Positions 6,300 to 14,674 of a stretch of DNA of 14,674 bases are shown here, one piece after another (within the stretch, counting starts at the first letter, position 1; each line of letters starts with the position of its first letter). The notes under the pieces are model-generated. The model saw nothing but the letters and a program-made list of their open reading frames with translations, did no database searches and was not told the origin of the DNA. A program made the translations under genes and the position numbers. Source of the stretch: an uncultured delta proteobacterium (GTDB lineage Bacteria > Desulfobacterota > RBG-13-43-22). The DNA lies in NCBI GenBank assembly GCA_963843145.1, contig CAWJJC010000007.1:1-14674 (forward strand), written 5' to 3'.

Positions 6300-8186
6300 A
6301 TGGAAGAAACAAGCTTGGAAGCCCCCCCATTTAAAATTGATTTTCAGTACTCTCGTCCCTGGCCCCGCAAATTTTTTCCTCTGATCGAAGCCTCTCTGGA
6401 GCGGGCCTTATCCTTTCCCCGCTTAAACAGGATGTATGCCCAAGTGGCCTGCGGATCGGACGACCGGTCCTTTTTCGAGAGGTCGCTGGCCCAACTGCGC
6501 ATCGGCCTCCAGATCTCCGAACTTGATCGAGCCCGTCTGCCCCGTCGGGGACCGGTCGTGGTAGTCGCCAACCATCCCTTTGGAGGCATCGAAGGCCTCG
6601 TCCTGGCCGATTTGCTCCTCAAGGTCCGGCCGGATGTGAAGATCCTGGCCAATTATCTTTTGGAACGCATCCCGGAAGTACGGGATTATCTGATTTTCGT
6701 GGACCCTTTTGGGCGGAAAGAATCGGCTGGGAAGAACCTTAAAGGTCTGCGGGAGTCCATTGATTGGCTGAAAAACGGGAACTTGCTGGGGATTTTCCCG
6801 GCCGGGGAGGTGGCCCACTGGAGTTTGAAAAATAAATCCATCACCGACCCGAAGTGGGGAGAGCTGGTGGCCGGCCTGGTCAGGAAAAGCAGGGCCTCGG
6901 TGGTCCCGGTCTATTTTCAGGGAAGAAACAGTGCCTGGTTCCATCTCCTGGGATTGATTCATCCGCTGCTCCGGACGGCGATGCTCCCTCATGAGTTGCT
7001 GAACAAAATGAATTCACAGGTTGAAATCAAGGTCGGCCAGCCGATCCCCTTCAAAAAAATTGAACGGTTTGCAAACGATCGGGAGCTAATCGAATATCTC
7101 CGGCAACGAACTTACCTGCTGGGTAAGCGCCTACCTGAGAACCAAAATGGTGTAGAAAAGCAACAGGTGAAACGGAGACGGGCCTGGAAGCCTTTGGTCG
7201 TGCCCACCGTTAAGAATTTTCTGCTGGAAGAAGTCCGTAATCTACCCGAATCCCAGGTACTCCTGGAACAGGAAGACTATGCAGTTTTCTGGGCCCGGGC
7301 CTCCCAGGTTCCCTATGTTCTTAGGGAAGTGGGCCGGTTGAGGGAAATCACTTTCCGGGAAGCCGGGGAGGGGACCGGAGAATCCATCGACCTGGACCTT
7401 TTTGACTCGCATTATCACCACCTGATTCTTTGGCAGAAAAAGACCCTTGAAGTGGTAGGGGCTTACCGTCTGGGGCCCACGGACTTGATATTAAACCGTT
7501 ACGGGAAGAAGGGGCTATACACCACTTCCCTGTTTAAATTTCACAACGACTTCTTCCTGCAGGTTCATCCCGCCCTGGAATTGGGGCGATCCTTCATCCG
7601 CCGGGAATACCAACGAGCCTTTAGTACCCTGATGCTGCTCTGGAAAGGCATCGGGCAGTATGTGGTCCGCTACCCCCGGTACCGCTTTCTCTTCGGGCCG
7701 GTGAGCATCAGCGACGACTACCGGCGCATTTCCAAAACCCTGCTGATAAAATTTTTGCGGGAGCAAAATTATCGTCCGGAGCTGGCCCGCTGGGTCAAGG
7801 CCAAGCGTCCTTACCGGCAGGACCTCCGCAAAGGATGGATGGACCAGGCTGTGGCTTCCATGATCGGGGACGCCGCCGAAGTATCGGATTGGATCGCCGA
7901 ACTGGAGGCGGACCAGAAAGGCATTCCCATACTTTTGAAACAGTATTTAAAGTTGGGGGGTAAGCTGTTGGGCTTCAATATCGATGCCCAATTCAGCCGG
8001 GTGGTGGACGGATTGATTTTGGTGGACCTGGCCAAGACCAACCCGGTGGTGCTGGAAAAATACCTGGGAAAAGAGGGGGCCGACTTCTTCCTAAGCCACC
8101 ATCAGACCCCGGATACGGCTGAGGTCGTTGGCCGGTTTCCCGGGGCGGAAGAGGCCGAAAGCCCTCAGACCGCCAACGCGGCCTGA
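6300..8186 (+). CDS. olsF: Bifunctional lysophospholipid acyltransferase / GNAT N-acyltransferase, OlsF-type ornithine (amino)lipid synthase
   Basis: N-terminal PlsC-like domain (VVANHPFGGIEG, IFPAGEV). C-terminal Acetyltransf_5-type domain (EVGRLREITFREAGEG, GAYRLG, LELGRSF, IPILLKQYLKLGGK). AAGGAGGT SD. Confidence 0.85.
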   Translation: MEETSLEAPPFKIDFQYSRPWPRKFFPLIEASLERALSFPRLNRMYAQVACGSDDRSFFERSLAQLRIGLQISELDRARLPRRGPVVVVANHPFGGIEGLVLADLLLKVRPDVKILANYLLERIPEVRDYLIFVDPFGRKESAGKNLKGLRESIDWLKNGNLLGIFPAGEVAHWSLKNKSITDPKWGELVAGLVRKSRASVVPVYFQGRNSAWFHLLGLIHPLLRTAMLPHELLNKMNSQVEIKVGQPIPFKKIERFANDRELIEYLRQRTYLLGKRLPENQNGVEKQQVKRRRAWKPLVVPTVKNFLLEEVRNLPESQVLLEQEDYAVFWARASQVPYVLREVGRLREITFREAGEGTGESIDLDLFDSHYHHLILWQKKTLEVVGAYRLGPTDLILNRYGKKGLYTTSLFKFHNDFFLQVHPALELGRSFIRREYQRAFSTLMLLWKGIGQYVVRYPRYRFLFGPVSISDDYRRISKTLLIKFLREQNYRPELARWVKAKRPYRQDLRKGWMDQAVASMIGDAAEVSDWIAELEADQKGIPILLKQYLKLGGKLLGFNIDAQFSRVVDGLILVDLAKTNPVVLEKYLGKEGADFFLSHHQTPDTAEVVGRFPGAEEAESPQTANAA

Positions 8187-8256
8187 AGGCCGGGGATTGT
8201 TCAGCCTTATTTCGAGTCTATAGTATATTTTTTTGGAATTTGAGTGAGGTAAAGGA

Positions 8257-8475
8257 ATGAAAAAACTATTTGTTTTACCGCTTTTCTTGGTGTGGGTGGC
8301 CTGCCTGTCCACCTATTGGAAGGAAACGCAAATGTGGGCCCAGAGTTTTTCTGGATTATACTTTAGTGGGGGGCCCACCTCACCCGCCTTGGAACCCGGC
8401 ACCCTGCTTTTTTTAGGGTCCGGACTCTTGGGAACGGGATTTGTCATCCGAAATAACTGGATGAAGAAGGATTAA
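8257..8475 (+). CDS. Miniature exported protein with a PEP-CTERM-like sorting signal, 72 aa
   Basis: N-terminal signal (MKKLFVLPLFLVWVACL). C-terminal LEPGTLLFLGSGLLGTGFVIRNNWMKKD matches the PEP-CTERM pattern. Confidence 0.7.
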   Translation: MKKLFVLPLFLVWVACLSTYWKETQMWAQSFSGLYFSGGPTSPALEPGTLLFLGSGLLGTGFVIRNNWMKKD

Positions 8476-8530
8476 CGGTTTGGGCCTACCAGCGGTGGCG
8501 GGGTTGGTCCAAGCCGTACCCTCTTCGATA

Positions 8531-8941
8531 TCAGGCGGCTTGTTGTTCTTCTTCCGGCAGAAAAGCCCGGACTTTTTCCCGGAGGGGTTGGGGAATCTCC
8601 GTGATAAAATGGCCACGGTAGAGGACCAGACGTTGCCGTTGGGAAAGAATCAGATCGATCGGGAAGGCCCTGAGCAGTTCGCCGGCTTTCCGGAAGGATA
8701 TACGGGAGTGCATGGTGATCCCCCGTTGAATAATAATATAACTGGCCTTTTGCCGGGTATCCAGGCAAAGAATGCGGATAGGGTCTTTCAGCGGGAATTT
8801 TTCCAACTCGCCCCAATGGTTTTTCACCTCGATGGACCCCTTTCCCACGTCTTCCGGCTCAAAATAGTTTCGAATTCCCCGGTCAAATTCCGCGATGATA
8901 GGTTCCTCCAGATCCGGCTGATAGCCATAATCCAGGGACAA
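8531..8941 (-). CDS. Hypothetical protein, ~136 aa
   Basis: Protein-like composition, TTG start, convergent with 8257..8475, candidate promoter directly upstream. No family recognised. Confidence 0.6.
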   Translation of the reverse strand: MSLDYGYQPDLEEPIIAEFDRGIRNYFEPEDVGKGSIEVKNHWGELEKFPLKDPIRILCLDTRQKASYIIIQRGITMHSRISFRKAGELLRAFPIDLILSQRQRLVLYRGHFITEIPQPLREKVRAFLPEEEQQAA

Positions 8942-8971
8942 CTGCCTGGTTTTCGGTCTTGAGTCAGGGAA

Positions 8972-9016
8972 TATGTAGCAGGGTTGTGTTAATAATCAGT
9001 GGTGAAATGGTGAAGT
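8972..9016 (-). promoter_or_regulatory. Weaker Pho-box-like promoter for ORF 8941
   Basis: ACTTCAC-catt-TCACCAC-tgat-TATTAAC-10 nt-TACATA, with TG upstream of the -10. Confidence 0.4.
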
Positions 9017-9043
9017 TTTTGCAAACAAATGAAGAATCTTCGG

Positions 9044-9061
9044 CGCCTCCAGAGGGAGGCG
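9044..9061. terminator. Short GC hairpin downstream of phoH
   Basis: cgcctcc-agag-ggaggcg. No clear U-tract. Confidence 0.35.
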
Positions 9062-9099
9062 AACTGGGGCCTGTAAAACATTAATCCGATAACGATTTG

Positions 9100-10398
9100 T
9101 TACAACAACCGGGCCCCCAGCTCGGCCACTTGGGACCTTTCCCCTTTGATCAAGGTTACGTGCCCGGTGATCTCCTCGCCTTTCAGCTTTTCCACCAGGT
9201 AGCTCAAGCCGTTGCTGTTGGCGTCCAGGTAGGGATGGTCGATCTGCTCCGGATCGCCGGTGAAGACGATCTTGGTGCCCCCGCCGACCCGGGTGATGAG
9301 GGTCTTGATCATGTGGGGGAAAGGTTCTGGGCCTCGTCGCAGATGATGAACTGCCGGGGAATGCTGCGGCCGCGGATGTAGGTCAGCGCCTCCATTTCGA
9401 TCAGGCCCCGCTCCAGCAGGTCCTCCACCACTGCCGAGGGCTGGGCGGCGCTATTGGAGAGGAACTCCAGATTGTCGTAGATGGGCTGCATCCAGGGGCG
9501 GAGCTTTTCTTCCTTGGAACCGGGAAGATAGCCGATGTCCTGTCCCATGGGGATAACGGGACGGGTAATCAGCAGCCGGTGTAAATTGATTTTGCTCCAT
9601 CACTTTTTCCAGCCCCACCGCCAGGGCCAGCAGGGTCTTGCCGGTCCCGGCCTTGCCCACCAGGGTGACCACCTTCACCGGATCGTCCAACAGCAGCTCC
9701 AAGGCGAACTTCTGTTCCTTGTTGCGGGCCTTGATGCCCCAATTGGGGATTTTCCGTGGGACAGGGGCAGGAGATGTCCCGGAAGTGCCGGGCCAGGGCG
9801 GACTGGGAGGGGTTGACTCTTGCCTCAGGAGGATGAAAAAATGATGGGGCCACGCGGCTCGGTTTCGGAGACCTGCACCCGACCTTCCCGGTAGAGGCGG
9901 TCCAGTTCCTCGGCGCTCAGGTGCCTTTCCTCCACGCCGTTATAGAGCTGCTGATAATCGACCCTATCCGACTGAAAATCCTCCGCCTGAATCCCCAGCA
10001 CGTCGGCTTTGATGCGCAGGTTCAAGTCCTTGGTGACCAGGACCGTGCCGCCTTCCTGGCGGCGGTTCAAATAATGCGCCACGGCCAGGATGCGATTGTC
10101 GAATTTTGGGGTCCAGGCGCCGGGAGGCTCGTGCCATCCTGATGGTTGAGTTCGATCCACAACATCCCGCCGTCTCGGCATGGGTAGTCCCTCCGCAAGA
10201 TTGCCATGGGCCCGCGAGGGCGTCCAATTTTCGCGAGACCATCCGTGCATTCCGGCCGATCTCGTCCTGCCCCCTTTTCTGGTTGTCGATCTCCTCCACC
10301 ACCGCCAACGGAATGATGACTTCGTTGTCCTGAAAGGCGAACAAAGCGTTCGGATCGTGCAGCAAGACATTGGTGTCTAAAATATAGAGGTTGGACAT
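9100..10398 (-). pseudogene. phoH: PIN-PhoH (PhoH2-type) ATPase with about 8-10 frameshifts (pseudogene or sequencing error)
   Basis: PIN domain YILDTNVLLHDP, DNRILAVA, LVTKDLNLRIKAD. Walker [41 protein letters not shown]. These motifs are spread across all three minus frames. Confidence 0.9.
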
Positions 10399-10452
10399 GA
10401 GCGGTTTCCTTTAATACGAAAATAGAATATTTGGTGGTTATTCCAGCCCTTT

Positions 10453-10537
10453 TGAAATCCCCCTAAATCCCCCTCTGCTAAAGGGGGACTTTAACTCCCC
10501 CCCTTTGGCAAAGGGGGGGCGGGGGGGGGGATTTTCA
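10453..10537. repeat. C/G-tract palindromic REP-like element
   Basis: Terminal TGAAATCCCCC / GGGGGATTTTCA with two internal hairpins, ccccctctgctaaaggggg and ccccccctttggcaaaggggggg. Adjacent catgc...gcatg palindrome (10536-10564). Confidence 0.7.
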
Positions 10538-10632
10538 TGCTTCGGGGTGCCCGCCCCGGGCATGGGGGTTTAGTAGGTAAAGGAGACAAGAAATCGTTTC
10601 CTGGGTGTTTGTTTTGGGCCGTCTTCCCGGAT

Positions 10633-13101
10633 TCATACGGCCTCGGCCAGGTCGCTTTTCCCGGGACGGAGCGGGTGGCGGTACATTTCCCAAGTTTCCT
10701 GGAAAGCCTTCTCAAAAGAGCGGTCCTCCAAAAACTGCCTCGCCGCCAGTCCCATGCGTTTCAGTCGCAGGGGATCGGCAACCAGGTTTTCCACGGCGTC
10801 GACGAGGGCCTGGGGATTATTTGCGGGGACGATCAGCCCCGTTTCCCCGGACAGAATGTTTTCTTGAGGCCCGCCCTGGTCTGTCACAATGACCGGCAAT
10901 CCCGAGGCCTGGGCCTCCAGAATGACATTCCCGAAGGTATCCGTACTGCTGGGGAAAATGAACAGATCGGCCGAGGCATAGGCCGCCGCCAGGTCCTCCC
11001 CGTCTAAATATCCGGTAAACAGACAGGGGGTATCACTCATCCAGTCTTGAAATTCTTTCCAATAGGGTCCGTCCCCCACAATAATGAGCTGCAGGTCTTT
11101 TCGCTGGTGCCAGATCCGCTGATAGGCCTCGCCTAAGACCCGGAGGTTTTTTTCTTTGGAGACCCGGCCTACGTAGAGGAGCTTAAATCCCGGCCGGACG
11201 GCGAACCGGGCCTCAAAAAAACCGTTCCGCTTGTCCGGATGGAATCGCTGCGTATCGATGCCCCGGGCGAAGAGTTGGATCTTGTTCGCGGCCAGGCCCT
11301 TTCCGATCAATCCCTGCCGGGTGCTTTGGGAGGGGACATAGACCCGGTCCATCTGGTCATAATACCAGCAGATATATTTCCAGGCGAGATCTTCGATATC
11401 GGGGTCCTCGGTCAGGTAGCGGGCGTACTGAGGGATCGAGGTGTGGTAGGTGCTGTAACAGGGCAGCTTGAGAATGCGGGCGATCACCAAGGCCGCCAGA
11501 CCGACCGGACCCGGAGTGGCCGTGTGGATGGCCACAAACTGCTCCCGGTAGCAATACTGCAGCATTTCCAGAAAAGGCGGAAAATGGAGTTTGAATTCCG
11601 GGTACTCCGCCAGGTCGTAAGATCCGACGGGACGGAATTTTTTGATTTCCGGCTCGGCGTCCTGTTCGTCGGTCCAGTCACAAGTGATGACCGTGAGTCG
11701 CTTGTTGTTCTTTTTGGCCATGGCTACCTGTTGCTGGAGGGTCAGCGCCACTCCGTTGACCTGATAAAAGGTATCGGTAAAATGGGCGATCCGCAACCGC
11801 CGGGCGGGTTGGGCGGAGGGTGGGCCGAGAGGGCAGGAACGATTGATTTCCTCGGCCAGGTGCCGGTCCTGGGCGAAATGGGAAAAAGCGATGAAATAGG
11901 GGGCCATGAGGAAATAAAGCGAACCGGCGGAACCGACGGCCTGGAAAAGGCTGAAGACGTTTCCTTGGGACAGGTTATCCAAAAGGACGTTGCCGATCTG
12001 GAAAAGAATGCGGTTGGAAATCTGGTTTACCAGGGAAAACCACTTTTCTTCCAGCGGACGGGTTTGATCATCTCCATTTTTCAGGAATTGTTTCAAGGCC
12101 GGGTCGCCGGCCAGCAGCTTATAGATTTCGAAACGCAGGTAGTCCGGGAGGGACTGGAGGGTCTGTTGTGACCGAGAAGACCGTAAGCGGGCGCGGAGCA
12201 GATCGTAGACCTTGGAGACCAGCCGGGATTCACTCTGGTGCGGCGAATGGAGGAAGCGGTGCAACAGGCGCAGGAGCAAGTCTTTATGGAGATATTTGTC
12301 CAGTTGGAACTTATGGCAATAGAATTGGTAGGCAATGCTGTATAGGGTGCGGGCCAGCGAGGCCGGGGACGAAGCCTCCCCACAAACGACTGAACGTCCC
12401 TGCTCCAGACCCTGAAAAAAGTCATTCAGCGTCCGGGCGCCGAGCACCTCCGTATATTGCCGCCCAAGCGACAGGGTGCTGTGATCGTCGGACCCGCCGG
12501 TCAGGTGCTTTTCCCAGGGGTGGTCTCCGTAGGGGGCTAAGTTATACCGGTCGGCCAGCTTTTCCAGGTCAACCTGGCGGAGACGGGAAAGGAGTTCTTG
12601 CAAGAGGATATTGAGGTGTCCGTCCCGGGCCCCGTTCAGCTCGAAATAATTGAACAGCAACAGGCAACGTTCGAAATGGGTGAGGGTCAGCCGTTCATTG
12701 ACCCCGAAAAGAGGGTGGGCCAGCACGTGAAAGATTCCCCGGGAACGGAGATAGGGAACCAGCTCAAAGACGTTTTCCCGGAGGGTCTGCATTTCCCGGT
12801 GGATGACCTCATCGATTTGGTAGACCAGGACATGGAGCTTGCAGCGGTCCTCCGGAAAATAGGTAGTAACTTCTTCACTGAGAAAGGTGTGCGGCAGATG
12901 GGCGATGTCCAGGGACCCGGTCAGTTGATTGTGGTCGGTAATGGTGACATGGGTCAACCCTTGCTGCCGGGCCAGTTGATAAAGGCGCAGGGGCTCGGAA
13001 AAACTTTCCGGGCAGCCGATCTTTTTCAGTATCCAGGTGGAGGGGTTGCGGGAGTATTTGGAGTGGAGGTGCATATCGATTTTTACGGTTTGGGCTTCCA
13101 T
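10633..13101 (-). CDS. PHP-family metallohydrolase fused to a GT4 glycosyltransferase (putative glycolipid synthase), 822 aa
   Basis: PHP motifs DMHLHS, ITDHN, LAHP, FELNG, GGSDDH. GT4 motifs FTDTFYQVNGVA, HTATPGPVG, YVGRVSKEKN, DTFGNVILEAQASG. AAGGAG SD favours ATG at 13101. Confidence 0.9.
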   Translation of the reverse strand: MEAQTVKIDMHLHSKYSRNPSTWILKKIGCPESFSEPLRLYQLARQQGLTHVTITDHNQLTGSLDIAHLPHTFLSEEVTTYFPEDRCKLHVLVYQIDEVIHREMQTLRENVFELVPYLRSRGIFHVLAHPLFGVNERLTLTHFERCLLLFNYFELNGARDGHLNILLQELLSRLRQVDLEKLADRYNLAPYGDHPWEKHLTGGSDDHSTLSLGRQYTEVLGARTLNDFFQGLEQGRSVVCGEASSPASLARTLYSIAYQFYCHKFQLDKYLHKDLLLRLLHRFLHSPHQSESRLVSKVYDLLRARLRSSRSQQTLQSLPDYLRFEIYKLLAGDPALKQFLKNGDDQTRPLEEKWFSLVNQISNRILFQIGNVLLDNLSQGNVFSLFQAVGSAGSLYFLMAPYFIAFSHFAQDRHLAEEINRSCPLGPPSAQPARRLRIAHFTDTFYQVNGVALTLQQQVAMAKKNNKRLTVITCDWTDEQDAEPEIKKFRPVGSYDLAEYPEFKLHFPPFLEMLQYCYREQFVAIHTATPGPVGLAALVIARILKLPCYSTYHTSIPQYARYLTEDPDIEDLAWKYICWYYDQMDRVYVPSQSTRQGLIGKGLAANKIQLFARGIDTQRFHPDKRNGFFEARFAVRPGFKLLYVGRVSKEKNLRVLGEAYQRIWHQRKDLQLIIVGDGPYWKEFQDWMSDTPCLFTGYLDGEDLAAAYASADLFIFPSSTDTFGNVILEAQASGLPVIVTDQGGPQENILSGETGLIVPANNPQALVDAVENLVADPLRLKRMGLAARQFLEDRSFEKAFQETWEMYRHPLRPGKSDLAEAV

Positions 13102-13138
13102 GGCAGTCAACTCCTTTACGAATTTGAAAAATTCTCAA

Positions 13139-13834
13139 CTATTCGATTAACAGGGTTTCCCCGGCCCGGACCCGGTCACCGGTTTGAACCCGAATCCTCA
13201 GTCCTGTCGCCCGCGGGACCACGACATCCACCTGAGACCCGATCCGGATCATTCCGAATATCTCCCCGCGGGAGACCTGGTGCCCGGGTTTAAAATGACT
13301 TTCGATACCTCGGACATGCTTTCCGGCTATCTGAACGACATAACAGGGCAGACGCTGGTCCCGGTAAAGCCCTTCGATGCAGGTGACGGTCCGTTCGTTT
13401 CGCAGCAGGTGCAGGGAATTTCTGGTGTAATCACTCCGCCGGATCAGGGAACGCCAATGCATGGGCAGCATCTGCACGTTGTCCGGGTCGGCGGGATAAT
13501 GGTGGATGAACTTGATTTCTCCGGAAAGCGGAGCCCGGTTATAGTGCACATTGAACGGACTCATGAAGATGCCGATGTGAATTTTAGGGCAGGCCAGGTC
13601 CTGACGGCAGATATCGTTGATGCTGGCCGCGGTCCCTTTTTTTATGGCGATGATCTTTTCGCGAGGACCGACTTCCTGGACATAGACGACCCGCCCATCG
13701 GCCGGGCTGACCAGTCCCGACCCTCCCGGCGTTCGGCCGGGGTTGCGGAAGAACCAGATGTAGCGCCAATACAGGTAGGCCGAAATCAGGAGGATGAAGC
13801 CTGTTCCGATAATGAGCATGTTCCGGTCTTCCAT
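13139..13834 (-). CDS. psd: Phosphatidylserine decarboxylase family proenzyme
   Basis: N-terminal TM helix, WFFRNP, SPADGRV, IGIFMSPFNVHYNRAP, and the IRIGSQVD self-cleavage (GS) motif. Confidence 0.88.
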   Translation of the reverse strand: MEDRNMLIIGTGFILLISAYLYWRYIWFFRNPGRTPGGSGLVSPADGRVVYVQEVGPREKIIAIKKGTAASINDICRQDLACPKIHIGIFMSPFNVHYNRAPLSGEIKFIHHYPADPDNVQMLPMHWRSLIRRSDYTRNSLHLLRNERTVTCIEGLYRDQRLPCYVVQIAGKHVRGIESHFKPGHQVSRGEIFGMIRIGSQVDVVVPRATGLRIRVQTGDRVRAGETLLIE

Positions 13835-14549
13835 GGGTTTTCCTTAAGAAGTCGAACCAGGGCGACTCCGGAAGAAAAGGGGAAGGTCGACTGACTTCAA
13901 AACAATCGGGCTCACCTTTCAATTCCTGGACGAAGCGTTTGACTCCGGCGTGCCTAGGGCCTCTCGTACATAAATGTGGGAGTCATGAAGGAAAACGTAG
14001 CTGTTGGGCCGTGCCTGCCCGGGCAGTTTGCCGGAAATCATAGGAGACATCCTTATAGGCACTGATCGCCGTCGATGAAGGCCAGATCGATGGGCGGCAA
14101 ACTAAGCTGGGAATATTGAGAAAAGAACTGATCACTGCGCAGCTTGTAGTGGGTTATCCAGCGATCGACCCCGAAGCGGGCGAAATGATCTTTCACCTTC
14201 AGTGGATTATTCCATTTCGACTGACCGCCAACCGTGTGAAACGGACCGTTCTTGATCAAGGAATAGAGGGGTCGATAAAGGAAAGGTGTCCTTTCCCGTT
14301 GTCCTTCAGGCCCAGGGCCAGGCAAACCACGGAGAAGCCGTGTCCGGAGCCGATGACCAGGATGTGTTTGGGACGTACGGCCCGGACCAGACCGTAATAA
14401 AGGAAGCCGAATCCCAGGTTGGCGTTGCCCGGCCGGGAATGGTGCCCCAGCGGTTTGGCCTTTTTTAATATGCGTTGAATCAGATCGGGGGAGAGGCTGA
14501 AGGCCGAGAGGTCTATTACTTGAGGGCTGGTTTTGACTCGGTACAACAT
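13786..14549 (-). pseudogene. Class I SAM-dependent methyltransferase (Methyltransf_24-like) with about 5-6 frameshifts
   Basis: RPKHILVIGSGHGFS, IDLAFIDGD(H)AYKDVSYDF, PNSYVFLHD and GVKRFV spread over several frames. The 3' end is approximate. Confidence 0.8.
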
Positions 14550-14559
14550 ATGGGGGAAT

Positions 14560-14616
14560 ATTATACCCCCGGGAATATGGCGGAATTATGTCGATCCAAT
14601 GATTTTAAGGTAAAAA
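14560..14616 (-). promoter_or_regulatory. Pho-box-like promoter heading the methyltransferase-psd-PHP/GT4 operon
   Basis: TTTTTAC-ctta-AAATCAT-tgga-TCGACAT-aatt-CCGCCAT-11 nt-TATAAT. The ATG is only 10 nt after the -10 and has no SD. Confidence 0.6.
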
Positions 14617-14674
14617 CAGGGGCCGGAAAAATTTAATGTTGATTGCCCTTTTCGGGGGTGAGAGTAAATGTTCA

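Noticed and set aside
8480-8962. 160-aa plus-strand ORF
   Set aside because: Antisense to 8531..8941, which looks more protein-like and has a candidate promoter. The choice is not certain.
9100-10398. Programmed frameshifting, or several separate small genes
   Set aside because: Too many shifts in mixed directions, and the fragments tile one PhoH2 protein.
10399-10452. Pho box directly upstream of phoH
   Set aside because: No convincing 11-bp-phased heptamers found.
11239-13894. Long plus-strand ORFs (310, 148, 231 and 236 aa)
   Set aside because: Antisense shadows of the well-supported GT fusion and psd genes, with no motifs.
14562-14577. CsoR/CstR-like operator ATACCCCCGGGAATAT
   Set aside because: The right half is poor and the sequence is already explained as the spacer and -10 of the promoter. 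Not excluded.

Overview
Bacterial window, probably Desulfobacterota/deltaproteobacterial (inferred from repeat types and gene content), that reads as a phosphate-starvation / membrane-lipid-remodelling neighbourhood. Genes: a 5'-truncated methylglyoxal synthase, MoaE, a secreted calcineurin-like metallophosphoesterase, an OlsF-type bifunctional ornithine-lipid acyltransferase, a heavily frameshifted PIN-PhoH ATPase, and a minus-strand operon of SAM methyltransferase (frameshifted), phosphatidylserine-decarboxylase-like protein and a PHP-hydrolase/GT4 glycosyltransferase fusion. There are also several small proteins: three Cys-rich zinc-finger candidates, an HMA2-like protein and a miniature PEP-CTERM protein. 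The main non-coding signal is up to seven promoters with one architecture: 2-4 heptamers in 11-bp phase resembling the Pho box (CTGTCAT), the last heptamer 10-11 bp upstream of a TAnnnT-type -10. Two of these are 84%-identical copies and one predicts a leaderless mRNA. A sigma70 promoter with a CsoR-like operator and several REP/MITE-like palindromes are also present. No rRNA, tRNA or CRISPR array was seen. All calls are by eye; no searches were run.
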